DNA of 63,520 nt, filler included, from Octopus bimaculoides (lineage: Eukaryota), in assembly GCF_001194135.2 (NCBI RefSeq). It is 4 parts of 4 records of this genome, joined end to end, with 100 filler letters (N's around TTAATTAATTAA, not from the genome) between each part and the next. Parts side by side here need not be neighbours in the genome. Positions count along the whole stretch, not along the records: positions 35,388 to 60,274 come from NC_068992.1; positions 60,375 to 63,520 come from NC_069000.1; 2 more parts are not named here. One strand, 5' to 3'. Under the pieces are notes generated by a model, which saw nothing but the letters and a program-made list of their open reading frames with translations, searched no databases and was not told the DNA's origin. How positions within the stretch are numbered: position 1 is the first letter of the stretch; each line of letters opens with the position of its first letter. The position numbers and the translations under genes were made by a program. Below, piece by piece: positions 50,541 through 63,520 of the stretch.

Positions 50541-51344
50541 CGTCATTTGAAGTTGATAATTCTCTTTGTCAGAGTTTCTTCTACATACGATCTTAAAAGT
50601 TACACAAAATTATCTTATCCCCTAAAGGGAGACGTCTTTTGACAAAACCTGATTTCTAACAGAATAGATACACCAGCTGGAAGCGAATACCTTATCATGT
50701 GTATTAAGTTCTTTTGTTGCCACGCATGCGCCATCGCATTCAGCTTTTGACTCCAACTTGCAATTGCTATAGACACGATGGTGGACGGGTCACATACCCC
50801 GTTTTAGTACTAGCAGCGAAATTTTATCAACAATTTTGCCTTGATTGTCCCTCATTATGGAATAGTTCATGGTTTCGAAAGGACACCCACTGTTCATATT
50901 TACATCGATCGATTCCTAAACTGTAACTTGACAAGCAGACAACTCTGGAATTCGTAGCCAATTCTCTCTCGTTGGTCAAATAAAGCCATTCCCCATATAA
51001 CTGTAAAACGCTTCTAATTTGCATCCGTCAAACGTTAAAGAATTAGAATCATACAAGATTCATATTTTTCTTAAATACTTTATGGTAAAAACAAAAACAA
51101 ACAAAAAAGGCTTATTGAAATGTATATAACTACAGAAGGAACTAAATGAATTTTGGGCAGTCTTGTTATGCGCCTATTTTGACTTGCACCGGCATGTGCA
51201 AAGAAAAATTAATGCTTTTTATTGATTTCTTTAAATATTACAAAAGGGTTGTTTTGTTTCGATTTTCTTTCTCTTCCTGCACTACAACTGTTATTGCAGT
51301 TGAGTGCATTTGCGACTTGCCTTCTAACTTGCAGCTTTCTTGGT

Positions 51345-51455
51345 CTCTCTCTCTCTCTCTTTCCTTCTGTGTGGATGTCTTTCTCTCTGTCTCTGTCACT
51401 GTCTTTGTCTGTCTGTCTCTATCTCTCTATCTATCTCTCTATCTCTTTATCTATA

Positions 51456-51492
<37 letters not shown>

Positions 51493-51689
51493 GTCAGTCT
51501 ATCTACCTATCTATCTATATTTCTGTCTCTATTTTCTCTCTCTGTCCCTCTCTCTTCTCTCCCTCTGTCGTCTCCCTCTATTCATCTGTTTCTCTTTGTT
51601 TCTCTCATCGTTGTCCTTTTCTGTCTGTTTCTGTTTCTCCTTTGTGTGTCCATATGTATCTCCCTATACGTCTCTCTCACTGTGCCTGA

Positions 51690-51723
<34 letters not shown>

Positions 51724-51726
51724 TTG

Positions 51727-51777
<51 letters not shown>

Positions 51778-51897
51778 CTATCTATCTATCTGTATGTCTG
51801 TCTGTCAGTCTGTCCCTCCATTTTTGTGTGTCCATATGTATCTCTATAAATGTCTCTCTCTCTCGCTCTCTGCCTGTTTATCTGCTTCTCTCGCTCT

Positions 51898-51943
<46 letters not shown>

Positions 51944-51994
51944 ATGTTTCCTCAGTGTGCCCTCTATTTATGTATGTTTCTCTCTTTTTCTATC

Positions 51995-52029
<35 letters not shown>

Positions 52030-52181
52030 ACTTCTATTTCTCTGTCTCTCTCTGTCTCTCTGTCTCTCTCTCTCTCTCTTTCTCCCCTCTTTATCTCTCT
52101 GTTTCTCTCTCACTACGTTTGTTTCTCTGATTCTCTCAATCTCAACGTTTTTCATTCTCACCCACCCTCTTCTCTCTTTCC

Positions 52182-52240
<59 letters not shown>
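51345..52240. repeat. ~900-bp polypyrimidine compound microsatellite (CT)n/(CTAT)n/(CTGT)n
   Basis: Visible directly; source of the spurious 365-aa Leu/Ser ORF. Confidence 0.95.
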
Positions 52241-52243
<3 letters not shown>

Positions 52244-55106
52244 TAACATCCTGACATACATCTATTGTCAAGTGCTTTCCCCTCTTCAAATATTCTAAAA
52301 ATAGCATCAAATTCTTTAATTGAGTATTCTTTCCTTTGCCTCTCAGTTCCATCTATTCCGGTTGAATGCAAACTACAGTCTCACTGGAGCTGATACCAGA
52401 CAAAAACCTCTTTCAGTATTTTAGTTACGTCCCGTTACATCCCATCGGAGGTCTGCTTTGCTTTTCATCCCTTGAGATAAATAAAATAGATACTAGTGAA
52501 TTACAATGGTCAAATATAATAGACGGTACACTCCCAGGCATCGTTAACCATATGCCAATTCTAAAATCCATTATTGACAAAACTGCAGTACTAGAACTGC
52601 AACAGACACAATCTGCGTTCAAATTCCACTGGGGCCAATTTTCTGTTTCATATTCCTGGTGGTCGATGAAATAGTTTTACTCAGACAATGGTGCCAATAA
52701 TTTCACTAAGCCAAAACCTGCCACCCTACAGACGTGTATATACTGTGATGTACTTAGAATGTCTTATTATTACTATTATCATCATTATTATTATTATTAT
52801 TTGTTGTTGTTTTTGTTGTTATTATTATTATTATTATTATTATCAACAATAATAACATTTTTCTCTTCTTGATCATCATTATTATCACTATCAGCGTATC
52901 TTCANNNNNNNNNNNNNNNNNNNNNNNNNNNNNNNNNNNNNNNNNNNNNNNNNNNNNNNNNNNNNNNNNNNNNNNNNNNNNNNNNNNNNNNNNNNNNNNN
53001 NNNNNNNNNNNNNNNNNNNNNNNNNNNNNNNNNNNNNNNNNNNNNNNNNNNNNNNNNNNNNNNNNNNNNNNNNNNNNNNNNNNNNNNNNNNNNNNNNNNN
53101 NNNNNNNNNNNNNNNNNNNNNNNNNNNNNNNNNNNNNNNNNNNNNNNNNNNNNNNNNNNNNNNNNNNNNNNNNNNNNNNNNNNNNNNNNNNNNNNNNNNN
53201 NNNNNNNNNNNNNNNNNNNNNNNNNAAAGTATGAATATATGTATGTGTGTGTGTGTGTGCATGTGTGTATTTGTTTATATGTATTATGCATGTATGCATG
53301 TATGCTTGTATGGTTTCTCTTTGTGTATTATTTCATGTTGTTCCTTTGTTTTCCGTTGGTTTCTGTGGTGCAATAAAATAAAATTTCTCGGCATTATTTT
53401 GTTTCTTTTCTTTCCCTCTTCCAATCTGCATGTTTGCATGGTTCCAGTATTGATTCCTTACTGCGTTACTGCTTTTCTGGTGCCATTGAATCTACCATTC
53501 TTAATGTAAGGGATTCTCTCTAGTTGTTCCGACATCTCTTCCTTCTCCCCATTAATGTTATTGCTCCTACAATACAATTCAAGCTGATAGAGCATTCCTA
53601 TTGTTGTTAAGACTGTTGCTGCGGTTCTGTTTATTAATCAGCATTGACATTTTATCTTCAATCTATGCAAATTACTATGTCATGTGCTTATGCTATGTAT
53701 AAACATATAGACTTATACGACTGTGTATATGTAGATCCTTATACATGCAAATACATCTTACAAATACACAGAGTTGTCATAATCAAATGGATATATATTT
53801 TCCCGTTTGTTTTTTTCTTCTTCTTTATTTGGATTTCTTTCGCTTTTATCAGTACTGCAGAACAATCAGAACCAACCGGCTTCCGTCCAAATGAGTTTTT
53901 TTTATAATAATATACACGTATACCCANNNNNNNNNNNNNNNNNNNNNNNNNNNNNNNNNNNNNNNNNNNNNNNNNNNNNNNNNNNNNNNNNNNNNNNNNN
54001 NNNNNNNNNNNNNNNNNNNNNNNNNNNNNNNNNNNNNNNNNNNNNNNNNNNNNNNNNNNNNNNNNNNNNNNNNNNNNNNNNNNNNNNNNNNNNNNNNNNN
54101 NNNNNNNNNNNNNNNNNNNNNNNNNNNNNNNNNNNNNNNNNNNNNNNNNNNNNNNNNNNNNNNNNNNNNNNNNNNNNNNNNNNNNNNNNNNNNNNNNNNN
54201 NNNNNNNNNNNNNNNNNNNNNNNNNNNNNNNNNNNNNNNNNNNNNNNNNNNNNNNNNNNNNNNNNNNNNNNNNNNNNNNNNNNNNNNNNNNNNNNNNNNN
54301 NNNNNNNNNNNNNNNNNNNNNNNNNNNNNNNNNNNNNNNNNNNNNNNNNNNNNNNNNNNNNNNNNNNNNNNNNNNNACTTCGAACGTAAAAATGGATGGC
54401 ATACCAGCGTATCATTACGTCACATCCCTATTATCATAAATTGTTTCGAGCGCCGTTTTCCCAGCAGAAAGCAGAATTTCACGGAAGCGCGCTGCTCCTT
54501 CGTTTCAGCCATTGCAAAAATCAACGAACAGAGGAGAAACTTTGCAAAACAATGACACACCAAGCGGCAGTACGACATCACTCGACGATGCTGGTCGGTA
54601 TAGTAATGCCTGAAGGGGTTATCAAGTGGCTTCTAACGGCGAAAGCCTGAACTACAATGGGCTTGTCCCACAGTTGTTACCTAACCTGTACATGTATCTG
54701 CGTATCGCAATTTCCGGGTTATGTTCCTTCATCAGCACAGAATAACCCGGAAATCGCGATACACAGATATTGTTTTGAGCTGAGAGGGAGTGCTAGATTC
54801 CTTTGTTCGAAAATACAAGGACACAGATCGTGTCTTATAAGTCTCCTGGGGCTAAATTACAGCAACATTCGTCCTAAACCAGGACTTCCATGTTATGTTG
54901 GCGAACATTCTTTACTACAAAGTACTGTTGCTGAATATCTCTCGTAGTGAGATTTGAAAAATAGTAATTTTCTAAGATATATATGTCTTCCCAATTTCTC
55001 ATTACTGCTCAGTAAGCAACTGGCTGATATATATATATGCATACTGAGTTCTAACACCAGGTTATTAGCATGATACTATGGCAATATGCCTAAGCGAAAT
55101 GTTAAC

Positions 55107-55167
<61 letters not shown>

Positions 55168-55589
55168 CCTGTGTCTGTGTCTGTATTTCGCTGTGTATGT
55201 GTTGTAGTTCGTGTGTGTGTGCGTGTATATGTGTGAGTGTATGTGGGTGCTTATGAGTATATGCCTAAATATATATTTGTGTGCGTGTGTTGTCGTATTT
55301 ATAAGGCTCGTAGCGCTGTTAACCTTTTCAATGTCACTTCGTTTCCTCCGATCGATAAAAAACGAGGTCTTCTTTACCCTCAGTATATTTGCGAATATAT
55401 GAAAACATTATCAAGGATAAAAAATAATTTAGAAGCCTGAGATCCTTGTGAAGGAAAAATTGGAAGCGTGTTTAGGATGTCTATTGAGAGATACAATAGG
55501 AATGATAAAAGGGTGGATGTGTGTGGAAGGTAGGAGTCCTGACAAACTTCCTATTGTGCGGTATAAGGGTTTTAAAAGACTTGGTTTGC

Positions 55590-55830
55590 ATATATGAAAA
55601 GAAATCTTGATGTATACAAATCTGTTGTGGTGACTACATTACTTCACGGATGGGGAACCTGGATGTCTTTTACAAAGACATTCATAAAACGTATTTAATC
55701 ACTTTCACCTGACATACCTGCGTAAAGTTCTCAGAATCAATAGACAATATAAAATCTCCTATACTACTGCGTTAGAGAGAGTTAATATATCATGTAGTAA
55801 ATGTCAAATGCAGTAAAATAGACATGTAGT
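55590..55830 (+). mobile_element. RTE (BovB-like) RT-thumb remnant
   Basis: DVYKSVVVTTLLHGWGTW...NHFHLTYLRKVLRINRQYKISYTTALERVNIS matches the RTE C-terminal pattern VY..VV..TLLY..ETW...HF...LRK.L.I. Confidence 0.7.
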
Positions 55831-55989
55831 GCGTATGCTCTTAATAGATTTGCTTTGGTCGGCTAGCATTTGGCCCTCCGTCATGTGGTTAACCAAAGAG
55901 GAGATATAAAGACACTCGCAACACTACCGAGAAAGAGTGTAACGTAAAATTATCCACTCGAGAACGTCTTGCTTAAGTGTGCTCACTGT

Positions 55990-56402
55990 GGTGTAGCACT
56001 TTTGCTGCAGAGCTGTTGTTGTTGTTGGCACTCCGTCGCTTACGACGTCGAGGGTTCCAGTTGATCCGATCAACGGAACAGCCTGCTCGTGAAATTAACG
56101 TGCAAGTGGCTGAGCACTCCACAGACACGTGTACCTTCAACGTAGTTCTCAGGGATATTCAGCGTGATACAGTGTGACAAGGCTGACCCTTTGAATTACA
56201 GGCACAACAGAAACAGGAAGTAAGAGTGAGAGAAAGTTGTGGTGAATGAGTACAGCAGGGTTCGCCACCATCCCCTGCCGGAGCCTTGTGGAGCTTTTAG
56301 GTGTTTTCGCTCAATAAACACTCACAACGCCCGGTCTGGGAATCGAAACCGTGATCCTATGATCGCGAGTCCGCTGCCCCAACTACTGGGCCATTGCGCC
56401 TC
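55990..56402 (-). mobile_element. tRNA-derived SINE (second family), full copy
   Basis: Minus-strand head ggaggcgcaatggcccagtagttggggcagcggactcgcgatcataggatcacggtttcgattcccagacc has A- and B-box-like motifs. An inverted partial copy lies at 57935-58135. Confidence 0.8.
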
Positions 56403-57871
56403 CACTGCTGTGGAGTACAGTACTCGGAATCAGAAATATTTCGAGAAACCATAGATAGAAGTGCTGCACGGAAAGCATGATCTCGAAACCCTAACGCTTA
56501 CCCTAATCCTCTCGATCGTTATTACGTGATCCCACTGTGACTGTTGGATTTATGCAAATAGTGGCCAAATAAGGCACCTCAGGACACACTGAGAATAAAA
56601 CCGTTAATCTGATCTTCTGCAGCGACATGAAGGGCGAACGTCATACGGAGGTGAGAAAGGATACATCAAACAATAAATGTGAGAGTTAATATGTTTGCAG
56701 CGTGGAAGACACATGTTCGCTGTTCAAAGTACTCGAAGAATGTTAACTTCATTTAAATACTCCAGAGGATAAGCACTAAACTACAGTGAGCGCTCTTGGA
56801 CAAGACGTTCCCAAGTGAATTACTTTATTTTACAAATTTCTTTTCGGTCGTGTCGGGAATGTCTTTGTATCTTCTCTTTGTCATATAGCGTTGAAATTTC
56901 CGTCGCTCAAAACTGCGACTTGGTTACTGTCATAACACAGAGTGAATGTTTAAGAAAAGTTAACAGTCTTGTGTCTTTAACCGATATGTTTTCCACACTG
57001 TAATCATTATAGTTCCAACATACGCTCTCAGATCAAATCACTTGCTTGGCAAAATACTCCACCGTAATATGAGCTAATATTTGTAACACAAAAGTGAACG
57101 AGACGTTGCTTGTAAAGCAGAATTTTTTTTCTCTGGTTGTTATTCCATCTAGGATGATTGTATGTAACTCTGTATTAAATTTTTTTTTTATGTACTTTCT
57201 CATAAATATCAATGTGGTTTCTAAACATTTTTAACTTATATTCTTATAAACTTCTCTGAGTTCAATGAAACACTTCAATGTAGCCTCCTAACTAACAAAT
57301 CATGAAGGTATATGTTTCACCTCAATAGCTTAACAGAGTTAATAGTACTTTCGGATGATCTTACGCTTTTCGGTCGTAAATTATTTCAAGGAAGATAAAT
57401 TCGCTAGCACAAGTTATGAATGAGCAAGTTTGAAATATATCTTTTAAAGATTTTTAAAACTTTCTTTTCTCATATTTACAATCTGTTGGGCAGGAACTGA
57501 AAGCTACTAATCACCTTTGACAAATTTATAGCTGAAAAGTATATAATCTCCGCGTTTAACTACTCGCTCGTGAGATTAACTGAACCAATATAATTTTAGT
57601 ACATTAGTTATCAACAAAACTCAGTGTAGTGTGGTTCAGCGTAGTGCAGCGCTGGTGATAGAATGTCGGCGAGTTGTACTTTAAAATGATCAACTAACAC
57701 TTTGAATATTTGGCACTTAAAACATTTGTTGTAGCTACTATTATTTCTCATTATCACAGGTTTTGTTGGAGCTCCTGGAGTCTTACATAGGTAGCGGGCT
57801 TGCTACCTGCAGCCTACGGTACCATGCTAGCCATTATTTTCAGCTATCTACTACTTTCATCATCATCATCA

Positions 57872-57927
<56 letters not shown>

Positions 57928-57934
57928 TCTCCTT

Positions 57935-58135
57935 ACGGTGTGAGGCGCAATGGCCCAGTGGTTAGAACAGCGGACTCGTGGTCATAGGATAGCGATTTCG
58001 ATTCCCAGACCGGGCGTTGTGTTCATTGAGCGAAAACACTTAAAGCTCCACGATGCTCCACCGAGGTGGGGGGGGGGACCCTGCTGCTTTCTTTCCCCAC
58101 AACTTTCACTCTTTCTTCCTGCTTCTGTTGTACTT
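57935..58135 (+). mobile_element. Partial copy of the second SINE family
   Basis: gaggcgcaatggcccagtggttagaacagcggactcgtggtcataggatagcgatttcgattcccagaccgggcgttgtg. Confidence 0.8.
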
Positions 58136-58139
58136 GTAT

Positions 58140-58400
58140 ATATCACTGGTGAAATATGTCTCGCTTTGTAACCTCCTCCACAGTCACCTTCCCACATAGA
58201 ACCTTTGACAGAACTATTCCGCCATACAGTGAGATTTTCATATTATTATTGGCATTCATTATCGACACCGATGCTCTTCTAATAAGGGGAATGTGATGGA
58301 ATACGTCCTTTGCTTTACAAATTCTACTATTCAAATCAATTTCTATGGTTCTGTTGATGGTTACGCTGTGTAGTCAACCGAGAAACAGCTTGGCGCGTCA
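58140..58400 (-). mobile_element. RTE-like RT-thumb remnant
   Basis: SRICKAKDVF...NMKISLYGGIVLSKVLCGKVTVEEVTKRDIFH resembles RI.KA..F...K..LY...VLS.LLYG.E.W. Confidence 0.5.
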
Positions 58401-59559
58401 GTCTTCCTTGCCAGCACGCGTGATGACCCTCGCTAAAACTCCAGTCATGGCTCCAGCAAAGACCAAGTCTTTGAAAAGAAACTTTGTGAATGGAAGACAA
58501 TGTGTGTGCTATCAAATTTAGTCAACTTAATGTGTGTGTACGTGTGTGTGTGTGTGTGTGTGTCCTGTGTCATGTATGTGTTTGTGCTCCGCTACTGCTT
58601 GACAACCGGTGTTAGTTTGTGCGTGGTCGCTTAACATAGTGGTTTGGCAAAAAGTATCGACATAATTAGCACCATGCATTAAAAAGGGATCGATTAGTTC
58701 TACTAAAACCTCTTCAAGTTGGTGTCCCTGCATGGCCGCAATCAAATAGCTGAAACAAGTAAAAGATAAAAGAAAAGATGAATGATTAGCTTGCTTAACA
58801 GCCACATGGTTCCGGGTTCAGTCCCACTGCGTGGCAAATTTGGCAGGTGTCTTCTAGTATAGCCTCAGGCTGACCAAAGAATTGTGAATGGATTTGGTAG
58901 ACGGAAACTGAATGAAGACCATCGTATATATATATGTATATATATAGGTGAGAAAGTTGGTATGTGAAAGCACGTGGTTGGATTAGCGAACACGTTACAA
59001 GGAAGTAGACAAATTTGAAAAGACAACACGAAACCGGTTATTTCTCAAAATACAATGTTTATATACCAAAACGATTTTATAACATTTTTCTGACATAATT
59101 TAAATATATACTTTAACCATGTAACACAAGCCTTCTGTAGTTTTTTCACTCTTATTATCTTGTATATATNNNNNNNNNNNNNNNNNNNNNNNNNNNNNNN
59201 NNNNNNNNNNNNNNNNNNNNNNNNNNNNNNNNNNNNNNNNNNNNNNNNNNNNNNNNNNNNNNNNNNNNNNNNNNNNNNNNNNNNNNNNNNNNNNNNNNNN
59301 NNNNNNNNNNNNNNNNNNNNNNNNNNNNNNNNNNNNNNNNNNNNNNNNNNNNNNNNNNNNNNNNNNNNNNNNNNNNNNNNNNNNNNNNNNNNNNNNNNNN
59401 NNNNNNNNNNNNNNNNNNNNNNNNNNNNNNNNNNNNNNNNNNNNNNNNNNNNNNNNNNNNNNNNNNNNNNNNNNNNNNNNNNNNNNNNNNNNNNNNNNNN
59501 NNNNNNNNNNNNNNNNNNNNNNNNNNNNNNNNNNNNNNNNNNNNNNNNNNNNNNNNNNN

Positions 59560-59616
<57 letters not shown>

Positions 59617-60240
59617 TATATAACATACATATATATATATATAACTACATACATACATGTGCACACAAATATACATATATAACTACATAGATACATGTAT
59701 ACACACATACATATATAATTGCATACATATATGTACACACACAAACATACATATGTAACTACATACATACGTGCACACACACACATATACATATTCTTAT
59801 ATTATTGGATGGAAGCCTGTTCTATGTATCTCTATCTACACTCTAAAAGTAATTTATCTTGTCGAATATTTTATTAGAATTGCGCAAGACGTCAAGTTTC
59901 TTGATAAAATGGGCTGGAAATTTTGGTGGATTTCTGGAACTTGACTCCTGCTTCACAAGACGAAAGCAAAGAATTCCATTCGAATAGTTCTATTTTTGTT
60001 AGATGGTGGATATTTCCATGTTTTAAACCAGAACTTTCTGTAAGATCTCCATGTATTCCAGCATAAAACAAACGAGTTACATATCCTGAAATTTATATGA
60101 AACGTTCAATCTTATTTTAACCACCTCCCACTAATATTTCCTGGATAGAACAAGCTTATACTTTGAAAGAAAATTCAACTATATGCATCGGCCTGTCCTT
60201 CTCTTCTACATTTCTACATGGACAATATATTGTGTATACA

Positions 60241-60274
<34 letters not shown>

Positions 60275-60374
60275 NNNNNNNNNNNNNNNNNNNNNNNNNN
60301 NNNNNNNNNNNNNNNNNNTTAATTAATTAANNNNNNNNNNNNNNNNNNNNNNNNNNNNNNNNNNNNNNNNNNNN

Positions 60375-60700
60375 AGTTGGTATTGCAGACCATAAGATCG
60401 GTTGCATCACAGAACTCCAGCAGTCTGGTTCCCTCCTCGTTGCGGGAACCGAAGCCATAGCCTCCATGTATGCCATGGAAGCCTCCAGCACGACGTCCGA
60501 CATGACTGTTGAAGTCTCTAGCCACAAAGAGAAGGTCCCTGTCACTCGTCGACGAGGTAGTTTGCAAGAGGGTGTCATAGAATTGGTCTTTCAGACCATC
60601 TGGTAGCATAGGCTGAGATGACAGTAGCTAATCTATGATGAAGCACTAGTCTGATCTTAAGTACTCTGTCATTTACTCTAACAACCTCGATTACCTTAAT
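60375..60700 (-). mobile_element. RTE LINE apurinic-endonuclease (APE) domain fragment
   Basis: VVRVNDRVLKIRLVLHHRLATVISAYA; LPDGLKDQFYDTLLQ...LFVARDFNSHVG...GYGFGSRNEEGTRLLEFCDATDLMVCNTN. Confidence 0.9.
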
Positions 60701-60704
60701 ATCA

Positions 60705-61500
60705 TCATTTAATGTTTGCTTTCTATGCTGGCATGGGTTGGATGGTTTGACTGAAAACTGGTAAGCTGGTGGGGGCTGCACCAGACTCCTATCTGATTTA
60801 GAAAGGTTTCTATGGCTGGATGCCTTTCCTAACACCAACCACTCTGAGAGTGTAGTGGGTCTTTTTTACATGCTACTGGCAAGGGTGCCAATGACTTGAC
60901 ACCGGTATCAGCCACGACTATGGTCTCACTTGGCTTGACAGGTCTACACAAGCATGGTATATTGCCTCCATGAGGCCTAATGCTTGAACAATGCTTTTTA
61001 CATGCCACCAGCACAGGTGCTAGTCAGATGGCACTGACATCACCTATGACTATGACTTCACTTGGTTCAACAGGTCTTCATAAGCACAGCATATTGTCCA
61101 ACGATTGAAAAGTGCTTTCAATGGGCATTGGCCACAACTACGATCCCACTTGGCTTGACATTACTGCCTCCATGAGAGGCCCAACGCTTGGACATTGCTT
61201 TTTATGTTCCACCAGCAAGGGTGCCAACCATATGGCACTTGGCATTAGTCATGACAACAATTTCACTCAGTTTGACAGGTCTTCACAAGCACAGCATATT
61301 GCCCAATGATTGAAGGGTGCTTTTAATAGGCCAGTTACGTGACACTGGCATCGGCCATGACTACAATCTCACTTGGCTCGATGGGTCTTCTCAAGCACAG
61401 CATATCTCCAAAGGTCTCGGTCGCTTGTCATTGCCTCTGTGAGGCCAACATTTGTAGATCAAGCTTCACCACCTCGACCCATGTCTTCCTGGGTCTACCT
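60705..61500 (-). mobile_element. RTE 3' UTR with internal ~110-bp subrepeats
   Basis: Repeated ctcacttggcttgacaggtcttc...gcacagcatatt units, ending in the RTE C-terminal coding tail. Confidence 0.7.
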
Positions 61501-61879
61501 CTTCAACACATATATATATTATTCTTAAACAAGAATACTGTTGACAGTGACTTCAAGGTTTTAGTCGGTTAAGCCATTGTTGGATAAACCTCATAACATG
61601 CATTTTAAAGTTCCTATACTGTTATTGGCTATTGTATGTCATCTCACAGAAAAATTGTTTTCAAAGCTAGATCAACATACAAAACTCTACTATTGTATAG
61701 GATTAAAATAAAAATTTATATAACATGAAAATGAAATGAAAAACAGGCTTTAATTGCAAACTAACATTTGTTTCTGTGCCTGACACCAGCTATAAGTCAC
61801 TGAGTGTTTTCCTTCATATACCATAAAAAAATTATTCTATCGAATAATTGTATAAATGAATATGACTTAGCAATAGCTG

Positions 61880-62635
61880 TGTGTCAGTCCAAGAGTGTAG
61901 GGGATGCTTTTTATGTGCCACTGGCACAGCAGCTAGTCACACGGCGCTGGCATCAGCCACATTCGGATGGTGGTTTTTATGTGCCACCGACACAGGAGTC
62001 AGTCGGGGCGAGGGGGGCTGGCATCGACCATGTTCGGATGGTGCTTTTTATGTGTCACCAGCATAGGGAGCCAGTCAGGCAGCACTGGCAATGACCGACG
62101 CATGAATGTTGCTTATTGCATGCCACTAGCACAGGAGCCAGTCAGGCGGAACTGGCATCAGCCACAATTACAATTTCCATTTGATTGTGGTTTGATTTGA
62201 GTTTTATTTTGATGTACTTGACTCAATAGGTCTCCTCAAGCACGGCATGTTGCCCGACAATCCAAAGTTACTTTTTTAAGTGGGCTGGTTATGCTTATGC
62301 GACACTGGTGTAGGCTACAGCTGTGATCTCACTTTACTTGCCGGGTCTTCTCAGTCATAGCATATCTCCAGAGGTCTTGGTCTTTCAACATTGCCTCTGT
62401 GAGGCCCAACATTTAAAGGTCATGCTTCACCACCTCATCCCATGTCTTCCTGGGTCTCCCTCTATCACGGGTTCCTTCCACTATTTGGGAGTGGCACTTC
62501 TTCACACAGCTCTCCTCATCCATCCGTAGTACATGACCATACCAGTGCAGTTGTCTCTCTTTCACGCTACATCTGATGCTTCTTATGTCCAACATTTCTC
62601 TCAGTCATGTGTGCACACCGACATTACACATCCAG
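61880..62635 (-). mobile_element. RTE LINE 3' end (RT C-terminus plus 3' UTR)
   Basis: LDIRSIRCSVKERQLHWYGHVLRMDEESCVKKCHSQIVEGTRDRGRPRKTWDEVVKHDL, the hallmark RTE C-terminus. Confidence 0.9.
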
Positions 62636-63520
62636 CAGATTGAAAGCAGAAGTGAATAAATAAATGTATGAAATATATAGGAAAGAAACTATGGCTGTAT
62701 ATAAGTGTATGAATGAATGAGGTTGTGCATATATGTGTGAATGAAACTATGCACATCTATGTATGTATTGAACATGTATGTGTATGAATAAATAATTGTA
62801 TTAAATACAAATTTTTTCACTCAGAGAAGGATTGATGAAACCGATTTTGAAAGGTGCAAACGAAAGTCAAATAGATAATAGCGAGTTCAAAGGAGTCATT
62901 TGAAGCAAAACAGTTGTAAAACATAAAAATAAGTGACCAATGTCTAAAAAAAGCCTGTCAATAAAACACGTGGACAGGATAGTAGTAAGATACTATTGTT
63001 TATTGTAAACAGTGGCTCACCATAAACTCTGACTATTGTTTATAATTTTTTTTTATTGTCTCTATTAGTATACTTCATCAACCCAACTCAATTTGTAAAT
63101 AGCATCCTCGGTTTATTTTAGTTTTACTTTGTATTATTATTATCACTTAATTTTCCTTATTATTCTTATTATTATTATCAGTATTTCTAAGGTCACTTTT
63201 ATTTTATGATCATTATTTTTAGTGGTATTGTCATGTTTTTATTTTTGGTTGTTATAACAATACATGTGTGGCATTGTAGCTACGAACTGCTCAGTAAAAA
63301 AAGATAGAAATTATGTGTAGTATATGAAAGAGAACAAAGTCAAAGGAATCTGGCAGTGTCCAAGAACATTCTACCTGTTGCTGAATTATATTTATTTATA
63401 TAATTATTCTATAGAATAATTTTATGTAATGATATATGAAGAAAAACTCAGTAATTTATGGGTGGAGTCAGGTGCAGAGAAAAATGTAATAGTTAAAGCC
63501 TGTTATATAAAGTCATATAT

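Noticed and set aside
50835-50875. LDCPSLWNSS, similar to the hAT transposase motif LDVPTRWNS
   Set aside because: A single short motif with no supporting hAT sequence nearby.
51146-52243. 365-aa ORF and overlapping Leu/Ser-rich ORFs
   Set aside because: Translation of (CT)n microsatellite; no domain content.
52349-52674. Strong-looking acceptor and 102-aa ORF
   Set aside because: Stops in the phase needed for the MAM continuation; much of the ORF is a decayed SINE.
56890-56999. Phase-2 open exon candidate (GVEISVAQNCDLVTV...) as the MAM continuation
   Set aside because: The phase fits, but it lacks the MAM C-terminal F.I.FE/IAIDD motifs and has a weak donor.
57935-58010. tRNA gene-like sequence (also the head of 55990-56402)
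   Set aside because: A/B-box-like motifs are present, but there is no complete cloverleaf and it continues into a SINE body; it is a tRNA-derived SINE head.

Overview
AT-rich, microsatellite-saturated eukaryotic genomic DNA with many N gaps. The repeat vocabulary (tRNA-derived SINEs with internal microsatellites, RTE 3' tails ending in (CAT)n, mariners) best fits a coleoid cephalopod such as Octopus; this is inferred from recognition, not from a database search. The one well-supported cellular coding signal is four phase-compatible + strand exons (26615-26744, 31415-31572, 32507-32662, 34443-34683). They splice into a six-cysteine (group A) SRCR domain directly followed by most of a MAM domain. 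None of the SRCR coding sequence appears in the ORF track. The gene's 5' part and the MAM C-terminus were not located with confidence. The rest is a layered transposon graveyard. It holds a non-autonomous Helitron with intact ends, four DD34D mariners, a DD37D/maT-like remnant and a pogo/Tc2-like remnant. It also holds a Penelope-like RT-GIY-YIG fragment, a Ty3/Gypsy gag-protease element nested in another repeat, RTE, CR1/L2-like and R4/Dong-like LINE pieces, and many SINEs. Several fold-back hairpins and an unusual ~60-bp repeat array with (GA)n spacers are also present. No prokaryote-type system, CRISPR array, rRNA or authentic tRNA gene is supported. Most ORFs in the track are translations of microsatellites or N gaps.
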